A stretch of DNA of 64,000 nucleotides, from positions 1,389 to 65,388 of the forward strand of contig JAJYYV010000001.1 in NCBI GenBank assembly GCA_021800535.1, written 5' to 3'. The notes below the pieces were generated by a model. It saw only the letters and a list, made by a program, of their open reading frames with translations, had not been told where the DNA came from and ran no database searches. The DNA comes from a bacterium (GTDB lineage: Bacteria; Ratteibacteria; UBA8468; B48-G9; DTJG01). Made by a program: the position numbers and the translations under genes. Shown here piece by piece: positions 32,025-41,840 of this stretch (position 1 is its first letter; every line of letters starts with the position of its first letter).

Positions 32025-33013
32025 TCGAGCACCTCGTCAATTAATCGTATTTTTTCTAGAAATTCCTTAGGCTGTGAAACAGGACCTATCTGCTTTGACC
32101 AATTTTCAATTACTTTAGAAAGATGTTCATAACCATCATTGTCTATAGGATAAGGAATCAATTTGACTCCAAAGCTTAAATAATATTTTTCAAGTCGGCG
32201 AAGTATATCAAATTCTTCCTGGAATATTGGATACAGCATAAAATGCTTTAATTCTTTTTCAACAATATGTGATTTACTAATCATAAACTCTAAGATTTCA
32301 TATTCCTCTAAACCGTAGCCAATAAATAATACCGTATGATTTACGAAAATTTCCTCTAACAACACTGAGGGTTCTGAACCTTTTTCATAATGGCTCATAT
32401 AATCAACAATTGTCATTATTCTGTCTTGATTTTGTATTCTTCCATGAAGATAAAGAACATTACCCTTATCTAAATTTACTGTTAGCATTTCTTTTTTTGA
32501 AGAAAAGATATTTTGTTTTTCCTTTCTAATCACATCTTCAGATATCGAGTTAGCGATGAGTTTCGGTGGTTCCAGATGAGTTTTTCTAGCTTCCTTGGCC
32601 AGATAATCATCATAATTTGTGGTTACGTAGATGACATTAAAATTGTACAAATGTTCATATATTCTATATTCTTCAATCAATTTATCTTTGCCCTTTAAGA
32701 AAGAATTTAAATCTGCAGGAACAATATTTTTTCCCTCTTCATAAATCTTCATACAGATAGATAACAATTTTCTTGCATCTAAAGATTCAAGATGTTTGTA
32801 TTCATGAAAGCTGATGGATTTCTTTTTACGTAAGTCTTTTAAATATAAAGTGGCCAACTTATACCAAGAAGGACAACCGATAATTCGAGAAACGCCTGCT
32901 CCAATAAATAAAACTAATTTCCCTCTTTTCGCAGCATCAAAAATTTCTGATGGTATATCAGGAATATTTTTTATTCTAATTTCATTAGATTTCCTAGGAG
33001 AATGCGTTTTCAT
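32021..33013 (-). CDS. SIR2-like protein, SIR2_2/DUF4020-type (defence-associated sirtuin)
   Basis: VLFIGAGVSRIIGCPSW (GAGxS), VTTNYDDYL (TTNYD) and LHGR motifs are typical of bacterial defence SIR2 domains such as ThsA and DSR. Confidence 0.7.
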   Translation of the reverse strand: MKTHSPRKSNEIRIKNIPDIPSEIFDAAKRGKLVLFIGAGVSRIIGCPSWYKLATLYLKDLRKKKSISFHEYKHLESLDARKLLSICMKIYEEGKNIVPADLNSFLKGKDKLIEEYRIYEHLYNFNVIYVTTNYDDYLAKEARKTHLEPPKLIANSISEDVIRKEKQNIFSSKKEMLTVNLDKGNVLYLHGRIQNQDRIMTIVDYMSHYEKGSEPSVLLEEIFVNHTVLFIGYGLEEYEILEFMISKSHIVEKELKHFMLYPIFQEEFDILRRLEKYYLSFGVKLIPYPIDNDGYEHLSKVIENWSKQIGPVSQPKEFLEKIRLIDEVLE

Positions 33014-33037
33014 TTTTGCACATCCTTATTTTTTTTA

Positions 33038-33223
33038 TCAATTTTTGACTAATTCCTTACTCATTTCACTCCAAAGAGGGCATTCATATATTTTTGAAAC
33101 TCCAGCTCCAAGAAAAAGAATAATATTATCTTCTTTAGCCGCCAGATGAAGTTCTTTAAAATCGTCTTTCTGAAATTGCAATAAACGTTCAATTTTATCT
33201 ATAGAAACATTTCCATTCTCCAT
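33038..33223 (-). pseudogene. N-terminal remnant (~61 aa) of a third SIR2-like gene
   Basis: MENGNVSIDKIERLLQ...NIILFLGAGVSKIYECPLWSEMSKELVKN* carries the GAGVS nucleotide-binding loop but stops before the TTNYD core. It lies between the MTase stop and the intact SIR2 start. Confidence 0.55.
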
Positions 33224-33224
33224 A

Positions 33225-36200
33225 TTATATACTCCTGGCTTTTTGAAGACGATTTTTAACAAGTTCACATACAGACCAATAAACTTCATTTCGTTCTTCT
33301 TGGGTCAATCCTAATTCATCAAATACAATGCTATCAAGTTCTTTCCTGTCCGGAAGAGGATTGGGCTCCTGCCCTCGAATTGGCTTTGACGGATCAAAGC
33401 CAAGTTCGGTGAAGATGGTAGGAATTTTTTTCTCTATAAAAGCTTGAAAAATCTCTTTATTAAATTTTAACAACTTTACATCAGGTAGAGGCATTTCACT
33501 ATAGTGATAAACTTTCATTTGTAATGCGCCTAGTCCTTCTGGAGCACGACACAAAAGTTCTTTCCAAAGCCCAATAATCATATTATTTAGAAGTAAATTT
33601 AAATTTTCTTCATTAATTCCTTTTGAATAGCACCAATACAATGCTGCATCTATATATGCCTGAGCAAAATTATAAAAACAATATTTCCTTTCGTTTTCAA
33701 ACATTGGTAAAATATTTTTACTTATTCCCCATATTCCTAAATCCCACCATTTAGGTCTTCCTCTACAGGTTGGTCTTTTATTAAATCCCTGTTTCTCACC
33801 CCATTCTATATATTCAAGCGCTTTTGTTTCTTTTAATTCTGCTTTTGATTTATGGCACATAAAAACAAGATAATTCAAATCTTCAAGACGCACAATTATG
33901 GTTTTTAATTCTCTGGGGCTTTTTATTACAGGTTTTAAAAATCTTACTTCAATTTCACCTTCCCAACCCCCTCCATTTTTCACTCTTATCAAAGCATCGG
34001 GATTTTTCTCTGAAATCTCCACCACTTCTTTAACAGTCATTCCAACTGGTTTTAAATAAAAAAATTCATTTGCTCCAGTTTTAATTCCAAATTTTACTTC
34101 TGCAATATCTCCTAAGCGGACAAGTTTTCCTTTACCTTTTTCCAGAATTTTGAAATAAATATCTGGAGCCCTTAGATATTTTCCACCCCATTTGTTTCCT
34201 GTATATTCACCCAACTGTAATTCATTTCCTTTTTTCAAGCCATACAGAGATTCCTTTTCTTCAGGGTATTTTAGGGCTTCTTCCAATAATTCCTTTTGTT
34301 TCTTTGGATATACCCGAAAATCAGAAGTTGCAAGAACTTTATCGGAATACTCAATTTTTAGAAGATTTTCAGCGTTTATAACTTCTTCAAAAGGTCTTTT
34401 GAACATAACGAATTTGACGATATTATCCAGAAATGAAAAATTTTTGCCTGTTTTATCTGGAGAACCAAATAAAGAAATAATAGTATTTACATCTGCATGT
34501 TCAAAACTCCGTTTTGCCTGATTATCATAAATGGCAATAACCGGTACATGTTTAAGAAGGAATTCCTGTAGTTCCTTACCATATCCAACATCAAGCCAGG
34601 AATTTGATGTTATAAAACAAAAAGTTCCTTTTCCGTTTAAAAGAGAAAGTCCGTGAAAGTAAAAATATACATAATAGTCACTTCTCTTATCTATATTTTG
34701 GATAAAAGGAAATTGAGCCTGTACGGATTTCAATAGTTTTTCCTTGTAATTCTGTTTGCTTTCATTATTAATTTCATTCTTCAGTTTGTTCGGAGGTGCT
34801 ATTTTTTCCTGTCGGACATAGGGAGGGTTGCCTATGATTATGTCAAAACCCCCTTTATCACCAAAAATTTCTACAAAATCAATGTCCCATATAAAAGGTT
34901 TCTGTTCTTTTAGTTTTTTTTCTGTTTCCTTCAGTTGAGATATTTCTGCATCAATCTCTTGTTTTTTTCTTTCAGAAATTTCCTGCAATTCATTTTCATC
35001 AAATAATTCCTTATCAGTTTTTTCTATTTCAAACAGTCTCAAGTCGTTTGCGTTAGATTTTTCTAAGTCCAGAGTTTGTTTTCTTTTTGTAAGGATTGTA
35101 ATCTGTTCATCTATTATTTCATAGAAAATTCGTAATTCCTCATGAATGAGAGATTCGGCTGTCTTAAATTTTGCTGTTGGCTCGTTGTTACAATATTTTT
35201 CCTTTTCCCTTTTAAGTTCAGAGAGTTTTCTTTTCATCCCGGGGGAAATTGTTTTTTCTCTTAAGTTTAAAGTAAGACCGCCAATTTCCTGCACCAAGGA
35301 ATCCCCAATACGAAGTTTTAGATTAAGATTAGGAAGTAGTGGTGTAATTTTAAGTTCGGCAAGTGTAAGATCGGATTCAATCATAAGCGATAACCACAAC
35401 CGTAATTCTGCTGAGTGCACAGCCCATGGCATTATGTCAACTCCATATAGAGAATTGCCTATAATGCGTTTTTTCAATTGATAATCTGTCATTTCCCGTT
35501 TTAAATGTTTATAATCAAATTTATAAAGTTCCACAAGAATATTTAGTATTCCAACCAAAAATGCGCCACTTCCACAGGCAGGGTCTAATATTGACAGATT
35601 ATCAAGAGATTCTTCCAATGTTTCATAGTCTTGAGATTGGAACTGTTTTTCAATTTTCATTTTGTCTTCATCAAATAGGAGATGATAGAGTAAATCTTTG
35701 GAGAATTTAGTTGTTTTTCCAAGATATTCAATAAGACTCCTTCTGCACATAAAATCTACTTCAATCTTAGGAGTATAAAAAATTCCCAGGTCTTGTCGTT
35801 CATAAATTTCTTCTGCCACGTTTGCAAGGGATTCATAGACGTATCCGAGCATTTGCGGGTCAATCGCCACCTCTACGTCAAGAGGCAGGTCTTCCCGAAT
35901 CGTAAAGTTATATTTTTCAAAAAACGCCAGAATGTTTTCAAGAAAAGCATCGTCGAGATTCACCTGCAACTCATCAAGGGGAGTTATTTTGAAAAGCCCA
36001 CCATTAAGAAAAGGCGCAAGGGAAAGTGCATCTTTTACATCCTGTGGTAAATATGCCGGATGACTAAACTGGTTATTGAAGGCTTCTAAAAATAATACTT
36101 CCAGCCATTTTTCATAAAACAAGTTTTCAGGAATTCCTTTTTTTCTTTCTTGTTTGTAGCGAGTCCAGAACCACTTCATAAATTTAGGGGAATGGCGAAA

Positions 36201-36869
36201 CCACATTTTCCTATCCACAAAATAAATGAACATAATCCGGTTAAGCAATTGTTGGGAAAATTCATGTGCTTTCTTAATGTCAATGTTCTGTGTTGTTAAG
36301 TTTTCCCTGAGGGCGAAGAAAATATTTTTATAATCTTCAAAAAACAAGCGGCTGACTTTTTCTATGCTAAGAGCTTCTTTAAAGATTTGATAAAGATGAA
36401 CAGGGTCATCGGTTTTTTGCTCGTTATACATCTGACATATAGTGAATCTATCCGTATAGTAAGCGTTTTCTCTATCAAAATGAAGTCTGACAAGTTTTTG
36501 CTTCCAAACCCCGACATCTTCTCTTATTTTCTCAATCAAAACAAAGACAAAATTCCGATAATCATCTGTAAAGATGAAAAGTGGATATTGAATTTCTTTT
36601 TCAAGAAAAAGAGAGATATTCTTAATTGTGGAAGGAGAAAGGGTTTCTAATTCTATTAGGGAAATCTGGAATCTTTTGGAGTAATTGCAAATCGTATATA
36701 TTTCTTTTATCGTATTCTTTTCTTTTTCCGGCAGGGTCCATGCTTCTTTCCCTTTATATTTTGAATCCAATATCTGATAGCCCAGTGTTTCAAATAGTTC
36801 ATAGACTTTTTCAGGGCTATTTATACCTAACAAATTAGTTTCTATATACTGGTTTATGTTCGTTTTCAT
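33225..36869 (-). CDS. 1214-aa gamma-class N6-adenine DNA methyltransferase, PglX/DrmMI/Eco57I-like (COG1002)
   Basis: Motif I ILDPACGSGAFLVGILN comes before motif IV IIIGNPPYVRQEKI. There is an N-terminal extension of ~430 aa and a C-terminal putative target-recognition region of ~450 aa. Confidence 0.8.
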   Translation of the reverse strand: MKTNINQYIETNLLGINSPEKVYELFETLGYQILDSKYKGKEAWTLPEKEKNTIKEIYTICNYSKRFQISLIELETLSPSTIKNISLFLEKEIQYPLFIFTDDYRNFVFVLIEKIREDVGVWKQKLVRLHFDRENAYYTDRFTICQMYNEQKTDDPVHLYQIFKEALSIEKVSRLFFEDYKNIFFALRENLTTQNIDIKKAHEFSQQLLNRIMFIYFVDRKMWFRHSPKFMKWFWTRYKQERKKGIPENLFYEKWLEVLFLEAFNNQFSHPAYLPQDVKDALSLAPFLNGGLFKITPLDELQVNLDDAFLENILAFFEKYNFTIREDLPLDVEVAIDPQMLGYVYESLANVAEEIYERQDLGIFYTPKIEVDFMCRRSLIEYLGKTTKFSKDLLYHLLFDEDKMKIEKQFQSQDYETLEESLDNLSILDPACGSGAFLVGILNILVELYKFDYKHLKREMTDYQLKKRIIGNSLYGVDIMPWAVHSAELRLWLSLMIESDLTLAELKITPLLPNLNLKLRIGDSLVQEIGGLTLNLREKTISPGMKRKLSELKREKEKYCNNEPTAKFKTAESLIHEELRIFYEIIDEQITILTKRKQTLDLEKSNANDLRLFEIEKTDKELFDENELQEISERKKQEIDAEISQLKETEKKLKEQKPFIWDIDFVEIFGDKGGFDIIIGNPPYVRQEKIAPPNKLKNEINNESKQNYKEKLLKSVQAQFPFIQNIDKRSDYYVYFYFHGLSLLNGKGTFCFITSNSWLDVGYGKELQEFLLKHVPVIAIYDNQAKRSFEHADVNTIISLFGSPDKTGKNFSFLDNIVKFVMFKRPFEEVINAENLLKIEYSDKVLATSDFRVYPKKQKELLEEALKYPEEKESLYGLKKGNELQLGEYTGNKWGGKYLRAPDIYFKILEKGKGKLVRLGDIAEVKFGIKTGANEFFYLKPVGMTVKEVVEISEKNPDALIRVKNGGGWEGEIEVRFLKPVIKSPRELKTIIVRLEDLNYLVFMCHKSKAELKETKALEYIEWGEKQGFNKRPTCRGRPKWWDLGIWGISKNILPMFENERKYCFYNFAQAYIDAALYWCYSKGINEENLNLLLNNMIIGLWKELLCRAPEGLGALQMKVYHYSEMPLPDVKLLKFNKEIFQAFIEKKIPTIFTELGFDPSKPIRGQEPNPLPDRKELDSIVFDELGLTQEERNEVYWSVCELVKNRLQKARSI

Positions 36870-36890
36870 TCTAAATCCTTCTGTAATCTT

Positions 36891-39800
36891 TCAGGAAATA
36901 AAATCTACACTGATAAGTGTCAATTTTTTCTCATCAAATTCTATCTGCTCAATTTGTTCTGTAACAGGTTTTTGTTTAAGGAAACTCATTATTTCCGTAA
37001 TAAAAACCTGCCAGTTCTTTGTATTTTTATAGACTCTCCATATTCTTCGGATTTCCTGCATTCTTTTTTTTGTCAAAGCAACATTGTGTAGACGTTCAAC
37101 TATATCGGTAATGCTATTTTTCAACGGGTCGTTCTGTTCCAAATAATTTTCCCGGATATAATCAAGTTCGTCTCTCATTTCTGCCAGTGTTTTTTCCATT
37201 CTACCGTGAGCCGTTCGTATCTGTGTTGCGACCAGGTTTGCAGAAAAGAATTTTTGAATTTCTTTTTTTACCTCTTCATGTATTTGAAATACATCAATGC
37301 CATCGGGAATTATCCTCGGTTCGTTTGGTTTACAACTGATATAATTCAAAATTTCAGTTTTGTTGGTTATGATTTTTTTCTGCATAATATCATATAAGTA
37401 CCATAAATGATAATCTTCATCATATTTGTAGTAAAAGAAAATCCCTTTCAAATCTCTTACTAATCCGCTTTGAATACCATGCGGTAATTCTTCACAGAAT
37501 TCCTTTAGTTTGTCTAATCCAAAATCTTTTAGAGGCTGCCAGAAATTTTCGCCACCGCCGAATTGTTCTTCTTCAAGATTTTGTAATACTTTTTCTTTAG
37601 TTTGTTCATCCCTTCTTAGGTTTCGTATGATGCCAAAAACTTTAGGATTGATAATTTCCCCAAGAACAGAGGCGTCCAGCCCAACAGTTTCATTGATAAG
37701 GTTAATTTTTTTCTCCAGTATTCTTACCAATTCAAGAAGGCTTTCCAGTTCTTTTTCCGGATAAAAATTGTAAATATTTATTTCTTCAAACGAAGAACCA
37801 ATTCTGTCTATTCTTCCGGCTCGTTGAATCATTCTGACAGGATTCCAGTGCAGGTCATAATTTATGCAAATTCCTGCTTTTTGAAGATTCTGACCTTCGG
37901 ACAAGATATCTGTGGAAAGAAGAACATCTATGTCAGATTCCAGAAAGTCATTGATTATTTCTTTTCGTTTTAACATCGGGAAACTGCCGGTAACACATTC
38001 TATGCGTTTGCCGAAATCTTTCTGAAATTGTTCATCATTCTTATCGTTCAATGCATTATACAGGTAATCTATTGTATCGGCATAAAAAGAGAATAACAGA
38101 ATTTTTCCTTTGTTCTTTAATTTTATAAGAGTATTTTTGAGTTCAACCAGTTTTGCATCTTTTGAAATGTCAATAGGATTTACAAGACAAAAAAGTTCCT
38201 CAAAAATGGAAATATCTTTTTTAATATCATTCATAAAAGCGGTGCCATTATATTCACTGATATTAATGGATTCAAGATATTTTCCGATTGTTTCAAAAAT
38301 ATAGGAATTGTCATCCAAATCGCCTTCAAGATAAGAGATATATTTGTCGTAAAATTTCTTTTTAAGAACTTTTCCTTGTTTGAAAAATTCTTCAAATTTT
38401 TTCAGAAATTTTATCTGACTTTGAATGCTTTTTCTGAAAGCCTCAACACTGCTTTCAAGACGTTTCAACAGAATGGTCTGAAGTATCCCACCTAAAGCTT
38501 TCATCCTACCCATGGCAAGAACATCTTTTTCCCCGGCAGTTTTGTATTCTTCAAGACGGTAATATGCCAATGTCAATTCTTTTTCAACTTTATCAGCAAT
38601 CTTGTGATATAAACCTTGATATGTTTCATCAAGGCTGTAATTGATTTCGTTCAGTTTCCGGTATGGAAATTTTATCGAAATCCAAATACCGTTAATATCT
38701 TTATATTTGGCATCAGGATAATTGGCCTTAATATACTGTCTGGTTCTTCGTATTGCAATAGACTGCAGGATATCGGATAGTTGAGCAATATCTCCTTTAT
38801 CCGCTTTTTTGAACTGGTTCTCAAGATTAAAAATTCCTTCTTTTGCGAAAATCCGTTTGTCGTTTCTTGCAATAAGCATCAACTGAAAATACAAATCCCA
38901 ATGAGTATTGTTCATCGGGGTTGCGGTTAAAAGGAGAATTTTTGGAGCAGTTTTTCCGCTTGCTTTTTCTATCAGAGTGAAAAGATTTTCATAGCGATTT
39001 GAAAATGGGTTTCGGAAATTGTGGGATTCATCTATAACAAATAATGCTACATCCTCTAATTTAAATCCAATTTCTTTTTCCATGAAGTCGAAATCTATGT
39101 TTTCAGAACCAAGTTCCTCTTGATGCAAGATGTTTTCTGAAACCCCTATATCCTTCAGAGCAGGTCTCCAAAGAGTTTCATCTACGGAAGCAGGACATAT
39201 GACTACAAATCTTCTTCTCCTATAAAACCCGAAATCCTCTATGATTTTCTTAGCAATCCAGGTTTTTCCCAACCCTACGGAATCCGCCACCAGAACTCCG
39301 TTATAAGTTTTTAGTCTTGAATAGATACGTTTAACCGCGTCTTCCTGGAAATTTGCGAGGTCAACTTCTGTGGAAGGCATTTCTTCGGGTGTTTCATAGT
39401 CAAAAAGAATGTCGTCTTTCTGCAATTCATAAAGGGATTTTATAAAAATATGATATGGAAGATACTCTTTTGTTCCAAATTTTGATGCATCAAGAATTGT
39501 AATGAGTTCTTGTTTAAAATCAGTCGCCTCAGTCCATAGTTTTTCAAACCATTCTTCTTTTATGTATCTGCTATGTGCTTCATCAAGTACTGCATTAAGT
39601 TCTGTATTAGAGGTGAATCCTGCAAATGTAAAATTGCTTGACCCAACAATGGCGAGTTTTTCAAAAATATATGCTTTCCCGTGGAGAAAACTTTTTTTGT
39701 AAAGTTTTACTTCAACGGATGACTGTTTAAGAAAAGAGATAAGTTTTATAACGGTATCTTTTATATTGTGATGAAAATCTTCATCTTCTATATCTTTTCT

Positions 39801-40049
39801 TAATTTCTGTTTATATTGCAACTCAGGTTCAAATAAATCTGGTTGTAAAGCACATTCATCCGTATAAATTCCCAGAAGTAGTCGGAAATGTTCAGTTTTC
39901 AGAAGAGATTCTTTAACAAGACTGAAACCAGCAACGTTAAAATAGGCTGTAGCAACTGATAAAGTTTTCTGTTCATTAATGATTTTGTTTAACTCATCAA
40001 AAAGTTTCAGTTTTTCATTATCAATAACCAGATTTTCAGGTCGATACAT
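36891..40049 (-). CDS. PLD-family nuclease domain fused to an SNF2-family helicase (DrmC+DrmD-like fusion)
   Basis: N-terminal single HKD motif HGKAYIFEKLAIVGSSNFT. SNF2 motifs: Walker A VADSVGLGKTW, DEAH-box VIDESHNFRN, motif III LLLTATPMNN, C-terminal HELICc SEGQNLQ and QRAGRIDRIGS. Confidence 0.75.
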   Translation of the reverse strand: MYRPENLVIDNEKLKLFDELNKIINEQKTLSVATAYFNVAGFSLVKESLLKTEHFRLLLGIYTDECALQPDLFEPELQYKQKLRKDIEDEDFHHNIKDTVIKLISFLKQSSVEVKLYKKSFLHGKAYIFEKLAIVGSSNFTFAGFTSNTELNAVLDEAHSRYIKEEWFEKLWTEATDFKQELITILDASKFGTKEYLPYHIFIKSLYELQKDDILFDYETPEEMPSTEVDLANFQEDAVKRIYSRLKTYNGVLVADSVGLGKTWIAKKIIEDFGFYRRRRFVVICPASVDETLWRPALKDIGVSENILHQEELGSENIDFDFMEKEIGFKLEDVALFVIDESHNFRNPFSNRYENLFTLIEKASGKTAPKILLLTATPMNNTHWDLYFQLMLIARNDKRIFAKEGIFNLENQFKKADKGDIAQLSDILQSIAIRRTRQYIKANYPDAKYKDINGIWISIKFPYRKLNEINYSLDETYQGLYHKIADKVEKELTLAYYRLEEYKTAGEKDVLAMGRMKALGGILQTILLKRLESSVEAFRKSIQSQIKFLKKFEEFFKQGKVLKKKFYDKYISYLEGDLDDNSYIFETIGKYLESINISEYNGTAFMNDIKKDISIFEELFCLVNPIDISKDAKLVELKNTLIKLKNKGKILLFSFYADTIDYLYNALNDKNDEQFQKDFGKRIECVTGSFPMLKRKEIINDFLESDIDVLLSTDILSEGQNLQKAGICINYDLHWNPVRMIQRAGRIDRIGSSFEEINIYNFYPEKELESLLELVRILEKKINLINETVGLDASVLGEIINPKVFGIIRNLRRDEQTKEKVLQNLEEEQFGGGENFWQPLKDFGLDKLKEFCEELPHGIQSGLVRDLKGIFFYYKYDEDYHLWYLYDIMQKKIITNKTEILNYISCKPNEPRIIPDGIDVFQIHEEVKKEIQKFFSANLVATQIRTAHGRMEKTLAEMRDELDYIRENYLEQNDPLKNSITDIVERLHNVALTKKRMQEIRRIWRVYKNTKNWQVFITEIMSFLKQKPVTEQIEQIEFDEKKLTLISVDFIS

Positions 40050-40082
40050 TTTGTTGAAATCTCCTTTAACAAAATATTATTA

Positions 40083-41192
40083 TTATTTTATGTCAAGAAA
40101 TTTTACAATGGAATCTTCATAATCAGTAACATTATTGGTAAAAGATTTATCTATACAAAGAAAATTTTTTTTGTAATAGGAAAACAACGTTTTGTATATG
40201 TTTGTTGCTCGGGGATCTATTATTGCAACTTTTAGTTGATTCCTCAATCGTAAAGCACTCTTTAAAAATGTTATGGTAATATAATCTCTGAAAGAATATC
40301 CTATAAAAATGATATATTGAGTATTATAAAAGCATTGTTGAAGATAAGAATATGCAGTAATAAATGGGTCAAAAATAATTTCTTTAGTATTATTGGGATA
40401 CAAAATAACAGGTTTTATCCTATGGTCGGTTGGAAAATTTGTGGCGATAGGAGAATAAACTATGCTTCCTTGATCATTATACCAAAAAATTGAACCATGT
40501 AATTTAAAAAAACATATTTTTAAAATTTTTCCTGCAGATTTTAATTCATCAAACGATGAATAGGTCCATTGCATTCTTCTATATTTATTTTTGTATTCAA
40601 AACCATCTGTTAATTCGATTCCTTCTTCTATTTCGCAGAATTTTTCAATGGAACGATCATAATTGGTTGTAAAAATACTGATAATTTTTTTCTTTTCTGC
40701 AATAAGTTTTTTTTTAATGATATCAAAAAATGGTTTATATAAATTGTTCACTTTTTGTTCATCTACAGAGTAATAGGTTGTAAATATTTCTGAATATATT
40801 TTCCAGCGTAATGATAAACATTTATTACACAATAATTCATATTGAATTCCAAAATTAGATTCTGACGGTAATTGAGTTTCCGGTAAATTTGATAATAATG
40901 CACTGAGAGTGTTGCTCGGAGTTTTATCGAATAAATTTTTGAAGTAATTTCGTGGAGAAGGTCCTTTAAAATAATCTTTTTTACATATTTCATCTATTTC
41001 ATCTAATATAGTCTCTAAATCTTTTCCTTTCGTTTTGATAATAGTGTTGATTATTTCTTTCTCTTCCTGGTCCAGAAAAGTTTTATTAAGCAATATATCA
41101 ACAAATCCTTTCATTAAAGGTTTATCCAAAAAAGCAGATGCTCCAGCTCCTAAAAAAATCACTATTGGGGCGTTAATAATTTGTTTATTCAT
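40083..41192 (-). CDS. SIR2-like protein, SIR2_2/DUF4020-type
   Basis: VIFLGAGASAFL, IFTTNYDRSIE and KLHGSIFW motifs. Confidence 0.7.
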   Translation of the reverse strand: MNKQIINAPIVIFLGAGASAFLDKPLMKGFVDILLNKTFLDQEEKEIINTIIKTKGKDLETILDEIDEICKKDYFKGPSPRNYFKNLFDKTPSNTLSALLSNLPETQLPSESNFGIQYELLCNKCLSLRWKIYSEIFTTYYSVDEQKVNNLYKPFFDIIKKKLIAEKKKIISIFTTNYDRSIEKFCEIEEGIELTDGFEYKNKYRRMQWTYSSFDELKSAGKILKICFFKLHGSIFWYNDQGSIVYSPIATNFPTDHRIKPVILYPNNTKEIIFDPFITAYSYLQQCFYNTQYIIFIGYSFRDYITITFLKSALRLRNQLKVAIIDPRATNIYKTLFSYYKKNFLCIDKSFTNNVTDYEDSIVKFLDIK

Positions 41193-41201
41193 TTTCTCTT
41201 T

Positions 41202-41405
41202 TTATTCATCAATGAAATGACTGGCAGTTTTTTTTAAGACACCTGCTATTTTTATGAGTGTTTCCAGTGAAGGGATTACTTTGCCTGTTTCATAAAGTGA
41301 TAAGCTCTTCTGGTTAGTGTGAATTTTTTTTGCGAGTTCAGATTGCGTAAGGTCAAGTTCAACACGGGCTACTTTTATTTTTTTTCCCAGTTTTTTGGCA
41401 TCCAT
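41202..41405 (-). CDS. XRE-family HTH regulator (67 aa) heading the SIR2 / PLD-SNF2 / MTase array
   Basis: LDLTQSELAKKIHTNQKSLSLYETGKVIPSLETLIKIA is a canonical XRE HTH. 10-bp gap to the SIR2 gene. Confidence 0.65.
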   Translation of the reverse strand: MDAKKLGKKIKVARVELDLTQSELAKKIHTNQKSLSLYETGKVIPSLETLIKIAGVLKKTASHFIDE

Positions 41406-41539
41406 TTATACTCCTTAGAATTTATTAATAAAAAATATTTAGCAATATTGCTTCTATGGTATAAATATACCTTAAAGAGAATAAAATAACACCTATAAAG
41501 ATAAATATATAGCACTTTAGGAATAAAGTCAAAGAAAAA

Positions 41540-41840
41540 ATGAATGTCTTATTTGAAGAACAAATTGAAAAAAGAATAGAACAGGAACAAGATATGAAAC
41601 AATATTTAATTTATACGGATAATCCTGCGGTACAAAATTTTTTGGACACTGTGGCAAAAATTATTGCACAGGAATTTATAAAAATAGCAAAAGGAAATTC
41701 TTTTCCTTCACCTTTCAGGGAATGGATAAATCACCGTTTAGAGCGGTTACATGAGACTTTGAATAAAAATACTACCATGGCAGCGTCAGCTCTTAAAGAA
41801 TTGTTAGGAAATATAGAACTTGAATCCGTAACAGATGAAA
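41540..41840 (+). CDS. Hypothetical protein; 3' end uncertain because the longest ORF reads through the direct repeat and into the tRNA
   Basis: The ORF is 41540-42004 in the track, but its last ~55 codons are encoded by the 102-bp repeat and the tRNA gene. Only the first ~100 codons look like independent coding sequence. Confidence 0.3.

Noticed and set aside
36891-40049. Calling the PLD-SNF2 protein DISARM DrmD/DrmC and the locus a DISARM system
   Set aside because: DISARM is defined by DrmA, DrmB (DUF1998) and DrmC. No DUF1998 or second helicase gene is present in the island, so the locus is reported as non-canonical rather than as DISARM.
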